Shown here: piece by piece, positions 14,937-29,716 of the stretch
Layout of the letters: each line of letters opens with the position of its first letter
Position numbering within the stretch: position 1 is the first letter of the stretch
Source of the DNA: Conidiobolus incongruus B7586
Lineage: Eukaryota
Assembly: GCA_000697335.1 (NCBI GenBank)
Contig: JNEM01009894.1
Coordinates: 1 to 64,000, forward strand
DNA length: 64,000 bases
Reading direction: 5' to 3'
The notes under the pieces: model-generated
What the model saw: the letters and a program-made list of their open reading frames with translations, nothing else
What the model was told of the DNA's origin: nothing
Database searches by the model: none
Program-made: the position numbers and the translations under genes

Positions 14937-15432
14937 TTGTATAATGTAAAAAGTTTTTATTTATCTTGGATTAAATTGTTTAATGTTATTGAATTACTCA
15001 CCATTATTCTAATTTAAGCTATAATCTCCTTGAATTAATTTTATGGGATTCTTTTTCGAATACATTTAATTGCTTTATTAATATTTAATTTCCAAGTAAA
15101 ATTATATAAAATATGAAGGAGAGAAATAATATATTTGATTAATACAACTATATAATTATAATTGCTAAACATAACAAATTATTAATAGATTTATTAATGT
15201 TTGAACAAGTGATTAGAGCGTTGAAAATTTAGATATTTTATATTAAGAGTAAGAGATATATTTGAGAATATGAATTTACGAATTTGTTTAAATATATTTC
15301 GTCAACTAATTAGACCAGAATAATAAAATTTGAAATTGATAATTATAGATTATTAATTTATGCTCACAATTGTGATGGTATAAGTTTATATTGGATAAAT
15401 TTTACATGATAAATATGAGAATAGTGTTGATT

Positions 15433-17675
15433 TTAATAATCAATTACAGAGCCTTCAATAGGAGGTAAAGTGCGATTCTTCATGAAATTGGAAACAACAA
15501 CTTTTAGCTGTGAGTTAGCTGAAACTGAATCTTTGGATAGTTTTTCCAAATATTTGAATCGAATGTAATCTATAAGTTTGAAAAATTGTATACCATAAGT
15601 TTGCGAGAGTTTGTTTCCAGCGATCTAAACCAATGTCATTAGAAAATTTGATAAATATAAAAGTAAAATCATTACATTTAAAGCAGAATTGATCAAATCC
15701 GGTGTGACTCTGACAGGAGGAGAATTGAGGGTAGCTGCAAACCAAGTCCACAAATGTTCTATACCATACGGGTTTTGTCCCTTAGGAGGAGTAGTTTGAC
15801 AGATAGCTGCGTATACCGAGATAATTCCCATCATTCTTTCAGCATAAAGAGTCTCGTCTTCAAGTTCATCGTCACTAAATCCTCTATTAATTGATTTAAA
15901 GTATTGAGCTCTGTCAGTGCCTGGTGTAGCACGAGGGCTATATGGTGCGATATATGGACAGTTTTTGATCATCCTGGAATAAACATGCTGAATACAATCT
16001 GGATGGCTTTGAAACACTAGGACAATAAGTAGAGCAGAACGATAAGAGTGACCAGGATTAGGCCCACATTCGGTTTCAGCATTTTTTACAGCAGCTTTCC
16101 CAAATATATTAAGCGATAGTTTATAAAAATCTTCGCCCATGGAACGTGCTTTGGTCAATTCTTGATTAATTGTTTGGGCAAAAGCAGAGATTTTAGATTT
16201 AGAATTAGTGAGTTGGTTGAATTTGCCTTGAATGGTTAACTTAGTTTCTAATCGGAAATCCTTATATCTTGAATCTCCTTTGATACGTGGGATAACTTGT
16301 TGATTGATTGACTACAAAAAGGTTAGGGTATAACAGATGATTACACTTGATAAATTTACATTAATGAGCTCAAAAGCAGAATCGTATCTTTTCTTTCCTT
16401 CTTCACATGGTTTCTAAAAATCTATTAGATATATAATTAGAAAGTTGCTTATTAAATTTACCAATCCTGGTGCATTTCTTCTTTCAGCTTCCTGCTTCTC
16501 TCTAAGAAGTCTTTGTCTTTCTCTTTCTTCTTGTTCTCTCTTTTCTTTTTCAAGACGTTCTTTTTCTTCTTTAGCTTTACGAGCTTCTTCGGCAGCTTTT
16601 CTTTCCTTTTCTAATTGCATTTGTCTTTCTTTTTCTCGCAATTCTCGTATTTGTCTGGCACGCTCTTCAGCAGCTTTTGCAGCAAGTTTTCTCCTTTCCT
16701 CTTCTTCAGCGCGCTTAATAGCTTCAAGTCTCTGTCGTTCTTCCTCCTCCTTCCTCTTTCTTTCTTCTTCTTTGATTCTCAGTAATTCTTCATATTTGGC
16801 TTTTGTTTTAACGTAATCAGGATTAAATTCAAGCAATATCTGAGTAATTTGTTCCATCCTGTCCCAATATTGTTTATCAGCCAAATCGACTTGTTCTTGA
16901 TGATTTTTGAGATCCAATTCATGCTTGGCACGTGCTTCATTTTCAACTTTTGAGCGTTTAAAAAATTCGGATTCTAGTTCTTTATATTTTTTAGATAAAG
17001 ATTCATAGTATGATTTAGTCATATTGTTAAATTGGATCAATTGCTCTTTTGAGGATTTGAATAAAGAATCACTAGGGTTAATCTTAGATTGGCTTTGATT
17101 ATTATCTGATGTGCCAGGTATGGGAATTGTGTTCATTGAAATAATATCTTCATTGTATTTAAAGTTGAAATTAGAAAGCGAATCATTTAAGAATAATTCA
17201 AGTTTTTTATCTTCCTAAATAGATAAAATGGAAATCAGTTATTTAATTACTTTATTTATAATGATTCTATTACCTCTTCATCAACTAAAATATAAAGAAA
17301 ATTTGAGTGTTGAATTTCTGGAGGGTAAAAAGAAGGAATTAACTAAATATCTATTAGAAACTGAATAAATTGGATATATGAAGAATAAATTACGAATTGA
17401 ACATGATCAAATACACTTCTAGTAACAAATAAAGGAGGATCCTCAACTACAGGATGTATAACTTTTGAGATATCACGATTGGTGCTATTATTGGAAGGGG
17501 TTAAAATTCCAGAATTTGTAGTAGTTATTGTTTGTGGAGTCCTAATATATTCAAATATTTAAGTAAGCTATATAAATAATCAATATACCATTATAGCATA
17601 CCTGATTATTTCATTTTCCAGTAAAACTGGTTGAAGTAGATTTTTCATATAATCTGGAATTAAACGTAAAAACAT
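15433..17675 (-). CDS. GLE1: mRNA export factor Gle1
   Basis: Long charged coiled coil followed by GLE1 domain (YAERMMGIISVYAAI, NPYGIEHLWTWFAATLN, YGIQFFKL); 5' exon structure approximate. Confidence 0.88.
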
Positions 17676-19514
17676 TGTGAAATATCAAAAAACAATAAAA
17701 TTGAGTATTATCAAAAGCAGATTTCAATATCAGATGTTATTACGGTTATTTTGTATTGATATTATTGATAATATTTTAGATTTTAAATTAATAATGATGT
17801 TTAAAATAACATGTTACCAAAAACAAGGTAAACATATAAGATGGAAAAATAAATAATTATGGGATTTCTGATTGTGATCCATTTTCAAGCTTCAATTTTA
17901 AAAAATTGATCATAGTCAGTTTGTATAATTTGATTAATATAATAAATACAAACTTTATTAATATACACAAATATATATTCACGAAATAGCGTGTAATAAA
18001 ATTGAATATTCAAAATTCTAATAACTTTTTGGAAAATATATTTCATAATCATAGTTTGAAGAAATAATTTAATTGTAAATTGATATAAATTTCTTACCAG
18101 ATAATTAACAATATCTGAAAATACACAATTATATATCATTATAAAGATTTAGTGAATTGGCGATAGATTGCCCAAAATACAAGGATTATATAAAGTCGAT
18201 AGAAGGAGATCATGAAAAAAGAACATCTCGAATATCATATTATTATTAGAATTATTGATATAAATCAATAAAGCATTTTAATGCTAACATTATTATTCAG
18301 TAGACTACTCTTGATTTAGTAAAATAAGAAATTTAATCGAAACAGCATTATATATTTATATTTATCACAAGATTATAGTAATTATATATTATCGTCACAA
18401 TACACTTAGGATCAAAATATCAATCATTATTATTCAATACAGATGTTAGTAAAATAATTGAAGAAAATAAATTGGTAATCAATATCATTTGTTATGGGTT
18501 TTTCAGCTATATCAAAATAATATTAAAATTTTGTCATATTATAAATATGATTTTTATATCAATTTAAAATTAATCAGTAAACAAAATATATTCAAATTTA
18601 ACTGAATCAATGAAATATTTGAGTAAATTTTGAATACAAAAACATTAAAATAAATGAAAATGATAAAAATATCAAAAATAAAAATGGCTGTTATATTTTA
18701 GGAATCAATATCAAGACCTTCAAATATTAATACAACCTCAAAAACTAGTTATAGTTTTATATTGGTATTTCTCTGTAAATTTGGAAAAGATCAAATTCAA
18801 GAGAAATCAGGGAAACATAGTAATATTGAATGCATATGTGAAGTGGGTAAGAAGGATATAATTTTGAACTTTAATATTATATTGATATACATTTAATTAT
18901 ACAACATTATATAGAGCATTCAGGGGAATTAATATAAATCAAAACATATAAGCATTAGAAATTATATTTTAAATTTTAATTACTATATTCCCTAAAATTT
19001 CCGAACATTTTTTAAAATTAATCCAGCATCTCTTTTATAATAAGTTAAGGTAGAAAAATAGAAATAATTCAAAATTCCATCGTTTTAAATACAAATTATT
19101 ATTATTTTTTTGACACCATTAGTAAAGGAAATGTTTAATTTAATATTAATGATTGTATTGTTGCGCAAGTGATGTCATCCAGTTTAAACCAAAATATCAA
19201 TTAAAAGTGAGTTTGAACAATGTAACTTAAAATTTTATTTAAAATTCATCAATTTTAGTATAATATATTTTACCATTTCCTAATATTATAAACAAAGGAA
19301 ATGAATACTCGATATCATTAAAAAATGAAGCCAACTAGAAATAGTATTTAAGCATAACAAAATTATGATATATTAATAATGATAAAATGACAGCAAGTTA
19401 ATTGAATTTAATTGTTTATACAATTGAAATAAAGAATTATGTTTATAATTTTTTTAATAATATGTACTATCTAACCAAAATTATTTTTACAACATTGTAT
19501 AATAGTTCGATCCT

Positions 19515-20778
19515 TTAATCAATATCCAATATCTGTTTCATTTTATCGTATGTATAGAATGAAATGGCTACCATAGGAGTTACTTTAATGTACCCAATAC
19601 TTAAACCTACAAAAAACCCTTTAAATCCCTTAGTACTAGCAATGTGAATGACGGTAGATCTGATCGAGCTAAAAGCAGTTTGAGATGGCATCCTTCCTGA
19701 TACTTGCATCTTCCTTCTAATTACTTCTAATGGATATGAAACTGTTTGCGCTATTGCACCTGCTAACCCTCCACTAAATAGCTTAGCCCAAGCTTTGAGT
19801 CTAACCTTGTTGTCACTAGAACGATAAGTAGCAATTTCAGTAAGTTGAGTTTTCAAATAATAGTTGATTTTAGAATAGGTCAAAAATGACATCCCAGCAT
19901 AGGGAATCATTCCCAATATAGTAGGAATAAAGCCTCTGTAAAAATTAGATATTTTCAAAGGTATTATTTTGCTCGCAATAGGTTCTTGGTATATATTTTT
20001 ACATACTTGGATTAGACCAGCAGGGTTTTCTGTTTCATAGGCCATTCTCGTTCGAAGCATATCCACTGGATAGGTGAAAAATACTGATGTAATGCCTAAA
20101 ATCAACATTAGTCAATCATATTATTATTGCTATTGTTATAATAAATTATCAAGTTACCTGCTAAAGAACCAGCAACAAATTGCATATTACTTTTACCCGC
20201 TTGATGTTTAGGAACCAGGAGCTAATTTTATAGGATCTTAATTAATAAAAAACATATCAAGCAAATTGAAATACACTTACATTTTTAAATTGTTCATAAG
20301 CCATAAATTTAATTGCAGCATATGGAAATATTCTTGCCAAAGTTGCTGTATTACCCTGAAAGAGTCCAAATATACCATTTTTAGAATATATATCTCCCAT
20401 AGCTCGGAATACGCCACTTGCAGAGCCTAGATAAAGGAATGGGTTATTGTGTATCACTGATATAAAAAGACTTTTATTTCCAAATATTATTTGGTAAATT
20501 TAATGTAATAACCAAATTTAAAACTATAATAGAAAATATAAATATATACTCACCAGCGTATCTAGCAACTGAAGGGTTACCAGCTTGAAATAATATTTTA
20601 ACTCTATCCAATGGAGCAATAGCAGTTTTAGCTAAATGATATTAAATCAATCGTTTCAATTTACTTATTTTTTTAAATTACCAGCACATCCGGCAACACC
20701 ACCAGCAAAAAAAGATTTTAATGCATAACTAGTTGTTTTTGATTTAGGTTCAGTTTTAGTTTGTATCTCTTTCATCAT
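19515..20778 (-). CDS. LEU5: Mitochondrial carrier, coenzyme A transporter type (Leu5/SLC25A16)
   Basis: [70 protein letters not shown]; multi-exon. Confidence 0.9.
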
Positions 20779-22670
20779 TTTTATAATCAATTTATTATTA
20801 ATTAAATAAAATGAAAGACTTTTTTTAAATAGAATTTTATATATTATTAATATTAATAAATAAATTTAAATTAATTTATTTCAAGTAGTTCATCATCTTT
20901 TATACAACAAAATGGATAAAAATTTTAAGTTGATTAAACGTCACATGATGAATATTCGAAATTATATTGAGTTTTAAAATTTTGAAAAAAAATACTTATA
21001 AAAATATTATTTTAGTATATTAAGTTATTGGAATTATATATGAAATAGCATTAATTTTTTTAAATATTTTATAATATATATATATATATATACTGTATTT
21101 TTTAATACTTATTGATTTAGAGTTTATATCATTTATTAAGTGTTAAATACCTCACAAAATATACGTGTATTACATTTGTATATTACTATAATGTATAACA
21201 AAAGATTTTGTTAAAAATTTTAATAATTAAATAAAAAGAATGTGAGATGATATAATATATTTTAATAATTCTATTAGTTGAAAGTAAAATAAAATTATAA
21301 AATAAATATTAGAAATGATATGATATAGTACATAATATAATTTGAATTATAATAAAAAAATTTTTTTGTTGAATGAAAAATTATTTGATAATAATAATAA
21401 ATTCAAATCTATAATGTATTGGAATTATATCTAACCAATATTCTTATCTTAAATGCTGCTTAAGAATTATTAAAATGTAATTATATCAATAATTTAACTA
21501 TGGTCAAGTGAAATGATTAAATAATTGGTAATTATAATAATTTGAATAATGATTCATTCCGATAATTATTAAGCAAAAGAAATATTTGCATAAAATATTA
21601 ATTTAATAGAGTTCAAAAAGACTATGAATAAAGATAATATTGCTTCAAACAGATAATTGTCAGAATATATATGATGTTAATTCAAAATACTTATTGTTTA
21701 AATAGCTCAAAAGGCTAAATGATTATTATATATCTAATATAAATAAATAAAATATATTGGGTTTATATTATTATTATATTTTAAGATCTTGTATACACTT
21801 ATATTTGAAAATCTTTAATCTAAACTCAGGTTTTTGCTTAATATTAATTTTAAATGAAGATAAATTCAAAAATAATTCGTTGTATTAAAGCTATTATCCT
21901 TTATCAACAGTCTCAAATCAAATTATTTATGTTTGAGAAGGATACAATTAATTATAATTTTAGTAAAATTAAATAAACTGATAATAAACAACAGATAATA
22001 ATGAATAAATTATTAGTATCTAATAGTTTTATAGTATTAAAATATTAAATTATTAAAAATATTATACTGTTAATGAATAAATACCCAATATCATAAACAA
22101 AAGCTATAAAGTTGTATATTACTATTTCAAATAGTTTAAAATGAGGTAATACTCACTATTGAATATATTAAAAAATAAAAATTAATGTATTAAAATATGG
22201 AGTAAATTGTAATTACTTGTATCATATAGTTATTAATATCAATCATATAATTGTATTTTACATCCTTCATTATATTTTAAAAAATAATATATATAGTTAT
22301 TTCTGATTAATTCAATATTTAAAATTAACCACTCAATTATTCTGATACAATAAAATTTTATTATGAAGATTATTAAACATGAATATTTGCAACCAATTCC
22401 AAACACTAAAATAGGTTCTTAAATATCTGTAAATAGAATATTTATTAAATAATAATGTTAATTCCTTAATTAATATCAATTTACATTAATTATTCAAATT
22501 ATTAGTTAATGAATTTGAAGATTAATTCAGAAATATTTATTTATATAAATTAAAGGTATTAAGTAAATATTAGTGATATTCATAAATGGATAGCCATCAT
22601 ATTAAACTTTACATTGATTGTAATTACAATATAATATATAGATGAAGAAATCAAAGGTATCTCAGATTTC

Positions 22671-25349
22671 CTAAGACTGTGTATATGCAAGATCTAAAAT
22701 ACTTACAGAATCCATATCCTGTTCAGGATAAGTGTATACTCTGAGCTCTAAGCGACCTTTTGGAGGTTTGACTGAGGCGGAATGACTTCTTACATCAAGA
22801 TCTGTAAAGGGAAAAGGAGAAGAAACATTTGGTTGCTTTTTTAAATTCGCAGCTTCTTCTTCATAAATTCCTAATTCGTCAGATGGAATCCATAAAACGG
22901 GCTGTGGAGATGAGAAGCTAGGATGTGAAAAATATCTCTTCAAATCTTTCTTTGAACCTTTACTAGAATGGGTTGGGAATCCAGGTGATTTTTGAGCTGG
23001 AGGAATTAAACCATAAGAACTCATAGAAGATGGATCCAATGGAGTATCGGATGCGAAACCTTTAGGAGAAGGGAACTCCAAATTGGTTTCTTGTGAGGGA
23101 GTGGGGATCGAATCAGAGCCAATTTGACTTGTGAGGGATTGGGATTGATTTAATTCGATTTGGTTTTCTTCATCTCTAGCGACAGATAGATTGGCAGAAT
23201 CTAACAAATCAACCTTTAATCCAAGATCAACTGGCAAATAACTTATATGGTTTTTGAAAATATGCACCAGAAGATAGTGGAAAATAATTGTGATTACCAA
23301 TAATATTGCAGAAACAACAATCAGAGGGGTGATTAATGTAGCTATCATTATTCCGACCATCATTATAGTTAAGAAATAGAGTCCAGTAAAAATTTGGTGA
23401 ATAGATTGAACAAAATATAAACCACCAGTCTCAATACTTGAGTTATCATAAACGTACATCACTTGGTATCTATATACAAAGTAAAATATTGCGAAGTATA
23501 AAGTAATGAATAGGTTTGATATAGGTGCAATAGTACAATAAACTGCTCCAATGCTGAATATTAGAGTATTTTCTGGCCATAATTGACCCCATTGAATTTG
23601 TTTCATATCAAGCAATTGCAATCGGGTTCTTGGAGTGGAAACAAAAATCAAGGGTAATAATTGACGTTTAAGCAGATCTGCTATAGCTAAAATTTCTTGT
23701 GCTGAAGCATTCAAAGCCTTTAACAAGACGTACGTAATAAAAAATGTAGAGTTCTTTGGAAGCACAATACTTAGAACCTTAAATATGGCTTTGGGATCTG
23801 CAGTGATATCTTCCCAAAACTTAGAAATTTGGGCGACACTGCCAAATATAGTAGACCCAAACAGGAGTGTGATTACCAAAAACCAAAAAAATTTCTTCAT
23901 TACCGAAATTGTTACATCTGTTTTTCTAGGTAATCCTTGGTGTGTCGAAATTAGAGCGAAAATAATAGGGACCATCATATTAAGAACAGAGATTAATACG
24001 GGAGGTAGAATAGCTTGAAGAAAGTTGACAAATTTAGGATCGAGATCTCCGATCCATTGAAATCCAGGTCTATTTTTAAGGCTGTTAAGGTTGGATAAAC
24101 CGCTGACAAAAGCAATAGGAATAAACCAAAATATAGCTATAGCAATGCAAACAGCCTCGCCTAAAACAGTTCGAACCATCAATTCCAATGGCTGTAAATT
24201 AAGATTTTGCCATAACATATCCTTTGGTCTAACTCCAACATGACGAGGATCCATTTTCAAATATCTATGACTTACAATTGTTTGAGCGGCCATATGAGCC
24301 GCAATTTGTTTGTTAAAAATAATAAAAGCAGACTTTAATGTGGGAAACGTATCATCTTTCTGCCTTGTATTCTGAATGGTCGCATTTAATAAAGCTAATT
24401 CCTTGTGATAATAATCGATAGAATCTACTCTTTCTCCAAACCTTCCTAAGAACCCTGTAAAATGGGTAGGTCTAGCAACCTTACGATTTGCTTTCGTACA
24501 TGCTGTGATGTATTTAGTTTCAGCTAGTTCAAGTTTGTTATGAATGTCATCTCTTTTCTTAACCAGTTCATCCAAAGATTTGGATGATTTATTGATAGTA
24601 ATTTGTTTAACACCACCTGGATAAGCATTAAAAAGCTGAGATAATGATTGCTTATTTAGCAATTTATCAGGAATTGATCCAACGAATAATGTTCGAGCAT
24701 GTAATGTTTTTGAATACTTAGGATCAGTGAGATATTCATGTCTGAGCTTGACGAAATCTTGCATGGAGAAAAAGCAGATATAAATTGTTGCTCCTATTAT
24801 GTAATTATAAATATGAAATAAAGATACGAACATATTAAATCTTACCAACAAAAAGGTAAGTGAAAATTAAATGAGCCCAAAGGCGAGCTTGATTTTCTGT
24901 TGTTATGTTACTAGAACTAAGGAGATCTAATCCAGCCGCATTGCCACCTCCAGTAACGTTTAGAGGAATCAAAACAATAGTAGTAAGAATCGAAAATCCA
25001 CCAAAAAGACAAAGAAAATTACGAAGAGATTTTACAAACATAAAATTGTCTAAACCGCCTACTCTCAGTAATTCTTTGTCATCAAATTTAAATACATTCA
25101 ATATCCAGCCAAATAAACCTGGTTTAATCGAAGGCGCTTTCTTTCTACAAACAACATTGAATAATTAACTTCGAGTGATATTAAAAGAACTTACTCTTCT
25201 TCGACCATATAAGTTTTAGGAAAGTAAACATTTTTGAAATAAGGTCTTAAAACAGTAAAAGCTGCAAAAACACAAACTCCAACTGCAAAGTTAAAGTAAA
25301 ATGCAGTAGCTAGATCTTCTAAAGAGGTGCTTGAATCCTTATCGGACAT
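22671..25349 (-). CDS. CSC1/OSCA/TMEM63 (DUF221) calcium-permeable channel
   Basis: GLDNFMFVKSLR, RLWAHLIF, ARTLFVGSIP, SAFIIFN..IAAHMAAQ, YRYQVMYVY..ETGG; multiple TM segments; two introns; ATG 25349. Confidence 0.93.
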
Positions 25350-27019
25350 TTAGAATTTAATGAAACGAATAAATCTAATACTTTCAATGTTCTTTGGGTT
25401 GAGTGGGCAATAAATTGTTTTGTAAAAAATTGGATTGTTAGAATGGTAATAGCTTTTTATATGGATTAATGTATAAATATAAACAAACAATACTTTGTCA
25501 AGCTCAACAATTCACTAAATGCAATTTTTAGTTTATTGCCATTTCGAGATTCTCACACATTTTACATCAATAGCAGTCATCAATGAGATTAGCCAATCAT
25601 ATTAATGAAATTCGAGATTTGATCAAGGCATTATCCACTTTAGTTTCTAAAATATGATTTAATGATTATTTAAAGGGTTTAAAAAAAATAAGAGATATCC
25701 AATCATATTAAAAGTCAAATTGAATAGTTTTCGTAAATTAATGGTAATAAATTAAGATTAGCATTCATAATTTAATTAACTTTATCAAACCATTCATATC
25801 TAGTACAAAGATTACAAGGGGTTTTAAAAATTGTGGTAATCCTTCTCCTTTACTACTTATATTCTCGAATGATATTTATTTAATCTACATCTTTAATGTA
25901 AGAATGGAAAAATATACATTATTATTAAAAAAACAATAAAATTATCATTATTTTAGAAATATTTAAAATGATAAAAGTGTTCAAATTTGATATCTTTGTT
26001 TTGAAAATTAAAGCTGTGTCATCATTTACAATTATGTTCAAAAAATATTCAAAAATATGGAGCAGAATATACAATGGTATCCTTTTAATAATAATCCTAA
26101 GGAATAGCAGTTCTATACGATAATTATTTGTTTCATTGTTGTGCTTGGTACTTGAATAAATATTATATATCATCATTTGTTTCGCGATCGATGAAAATTT
26201 TACTTAAATTTTTATGATTCATAAGAAACAATGCTTATTTCATAATGGATTACATGTTTCTCAAGTTTATAATTATCCATGAATTAGCTATGTCTTCAAT
26301 CAACACTTGAACACACTATTCAACTATTATAAATATGTTTTTTCTTGATCAATAAACTTGCAACTGATGTGATTTGTTTATATTAGTTTATTGCATTACC
26401 TAAATAATAACGAAAGTCAGATTTCATTTTGATAAAGTTTTTAACAAATTTATTGTAATAACTGGATTAAGTGTAATTTTTGGATTTTTCATTAAAAATA
26501 ACAAATTATTTAGACTAATTTTCATTACATTAGTGAATTTGCTAAAAGTGGCCTAAAATCCTAATTAATTTGTCTAATACTCTAATTGAAAAATTCGAAT
26601 TTGTGACTTTGACATAAATTAAAACAGCTTTTAATATCATTCCAAGGATTATAGTATTCAAAATTTGAGGAGAAACATCAATTTATCATCAGTTTTATAA
26701 AATATAACGTAATCTTATCGAAAATTATATTTTATACTATACTTACTTATTAATATCGAAATATTAATAAAATTTTTATATATTTTCATTTTAACAAGTT
26801 GCATTTTATAATACATCTATCCTTATTAATGGCTCAATTATATAATAATAATATATGAAATCAGAGTATATTTTATTCTCTGAGTTTAAAATAAAATTTG
26901 AATATTCATTATAAGATTAAGTATATATCAATCTTTCATACACATTTAATTTTTAATTCAATTATTATTATCATGTGTAGAATTATAGCTATGTATAACT
27001 AGTTACTTGGTAATGCTTC

Positions 27020-27451
27020 GTGATATTTTGTTTAAAGATGTTTATATATAATTTGAATATTAACAAAAACCAAGTTAGATATACTAATACACATGTGGTG
27101 GACATTAATATCATATTTGGGGAAGTGTTTGTTGATTCTAAACTGAATATTTTATACTGTGATTTCATTTATTACATTCCAAGTGTGCAATTTTCAGAAT
27201 GATGTTTATAATCCTGTATTATCTATTTATAGTTTCCTTAATCTGCTTGTGAATAGTTCTAATATGTTACCAGATTACTTCACTAATATTAGATGGTGAT
27301 TGATTATATTAGATTTTAATATTAATTAATACTGAAAATAAATATTTATTTTCCTTAATATCATTATTGTTTCACACTGTTATTTAAATTTGAAAATAAA
27401 TCTTAATAATAAAACTGATTCTTACATATTATCACAACAGCCATTTGTTGC
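27020..27451 (-). mobile_element. Possible degenerate LINE reverse-transcriptase C-terminal fragment
   Basis: One minus-strand frame reads CCDNM*ESV..RFIFKFK...SGNILELFTSRLRKL*IDN with scattered TAA stops, recalling the RLxxLQ region of fungal LINE ORF2; CpG-free; similarity is from memory only. Confidence 0.4.
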
Positions 27452-27453
27452 TA

Positions 27454-28774
27454 TTAGTGCAGAAATTAAGTAATGGCACAATTTTAAAATTAAAATTAAA
27501 CAAATAAATTAATAAATAATATATAAAAATTAATGAATAATATAAAATTAATAGCCTCTTTTATTATTAATAACTCTTTTCTATACCTTTGGTAAGCTTC
27601 TAATACCTAAAAAACAGTTTTTTTTATTAAGGACTGAAATTTGATGTTTCACAAACCAATTTAATTTGTTTACAGGAATTTTTTTTCCTGCAAGCTGTTT
27701 TTTTAATTGTCTAAAACAATTATAATCACATAGATTATAATCAAGTGAATATACTAGATGTAGTAACTCCCTCTAATTTTTTTTATATAAAAAATCTTTT
27801 ACAGCTTTAACTTTATGTATTTTACAATTATTATGCAAAATAATAAGTGTCTTTAATTTATATTGAGAACACCATTTAGAAATTGTTTTATTTAAAAAAG
27901 TAATATATAACTTACTATTAATTAATTTTCCTTGAGGTATTAAATAAGAAGACTATATACCATTATAATCTATTACAACAATTAACATTTGCTTATATTT
28001 AAAGTGCTTATTCATTAGAATTTGTGGAGGGGATTGATTTAGCTTAACCCAACATCTTGTTTTATTTTTAGGTAAAGGATTATATAAAGGAATCTAAGAT
28101 TTATTAATTGTAAGTATTCACTGTAAAAACCTTTGTTTTTGGTTATACCTTAATAAGTTTAGTTTAGCTATAGCTACTCTAGTTTTTTTTTTGGGCTTTT
28201 GTTAAATTATAAGGTATCTATTTTGTATTTTTATTAATTAATCTAAGTTTAAACTTAAGTAAATATAACATGCTTGTATAATTAATATTAAATTGCTTTG
28301 ATAATTCTCTAACAGAAATAAAAAGGTATTTCTTAATATATTTTTTTACTCTATTAGTAAGTGAAAAAGTAACAATAGAAATTAGTCTTCTAGATTTTGG
28401 TAAATTTTAAATAGTGTCCCTTCTAGCTTTAAAATCACAAATCCAGCAATATATGGTAGTTTTAGATAAAGCACCATCTCTATAAGCTGTTTGCAAGTTT
28501 TGGATGATTTTAGAGGGTTTATGGTTAAGTTTTAAAGATACAAAAATAAAAGCCTTTTGATAATCACAATCTAGTTTAAGCATGATTAAATTTAAGTGTA
28601 AATTTTAAAATCAAAATATTTTAATAAAAATAATAATTAAAATTGAATATATATATATAGTTTGAAAATATTTATTTTCCTATATATTTTATATATATAT
28701 AATCTTTCAAAACATATAATATGTTTGAAAGATCAGAAATTAAAAAATTTGCCATTTCTTAATTTCCATACTAA
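27454..28774 (-). mobile_element. Full-length (1321 bp) mariner element (DD34D), inactivated
   Basis: Imperfect ~30-bp TIRs (TTAGTGCAGAAATTAAGTAATGGCA and its counterpart ending at 28774) flanked by TA at 27452-53 and 28775-76; dead transposase from ATG 28583 with Mos1-type HTH (LQTAYRDGALSKTTIYCW), K*IPYNLT, ILTINKS*I and LHNN...HLVYSLDYNLCD at 34-residue spacing. Confidence 0.93.
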
Positions 28775-29716
28775 TATTACAAAGAAATACCTTCCATTAC
28801 TTTTTTATATAGTTAGTTTGCATATTAATAATGATTTAATTTTGATTGAAATATGACATATTGAATATAAAAAGCATATAATAAATTATTAAATAAGAGA
28901 TTTTATTTTATATTTCAAATAATATAAAATAATTTCAATTAATACCAATTGATCAAAACTAAACAAAATCATGATTGGATAGATTATGTACACATTTAAT
29001 AAAATATTCTGATTTTGTAAAAATAAACTTGATGAGAATAATATATAATTTGAAAATTTTTTATATTTGACCTTATAATAACATCTCAATAAATATCTTT
29101 AATATTCAGGTAGTACTTTGGTATTCGTTGTTTGATTTCTTTATATGAATTTAAATTTGTAAAGTTCACAAACCGATTCGAATAGTTCTTAATGAAGTAT
29201 TATAATATAACAAATAATATGTTATCATTGAGAAATTATTATATCCTTATTTAATTAAAATATAATATTTTATTACTTTGATTTTTAAATTAAGCTTCGA
29301 ATTCAAAACTGTAATTTGTAAACTATTACAAATTACTAAAAAAACATTATGCAAATTTTGTTTACTATAAAATTACCTAGTTAAATATACTCCTATACAA
29401 TCTATAAATAGATTAACAAACAAATAATACTTCATTTAATGATTAGCAGATACCTTGAATAAATTTATTTCAAAGTTATATAATTAATACTGGAATAATG
29501 ATATTTTTTAAAGACAAACTAAAAAGTGACCAAATTCAATGATAAAAATAATGACGTTTCATGTGGATTGAATTGAATTTAAATGTAAATGATTAATGTG
29601 AAATAATCGATATTAATATTAAATATCCTTAAGCATATTTATAATTGAAAATAAATATAGAATTCCAAAATTGTTTATAAGATTTTTTGTGAAGATTAGA
29701 TTCAAATTTTATAAAA

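Noticed and set aside
16445..16816. 123-aa antisense ORF, and similar shadow ORFs at 83, 425, 556, 8703, 10923, 23785, 24905 and 30281
   Set aside because: Opposite-strand or off-frame shadows of real genes with low-complexity or biased codons
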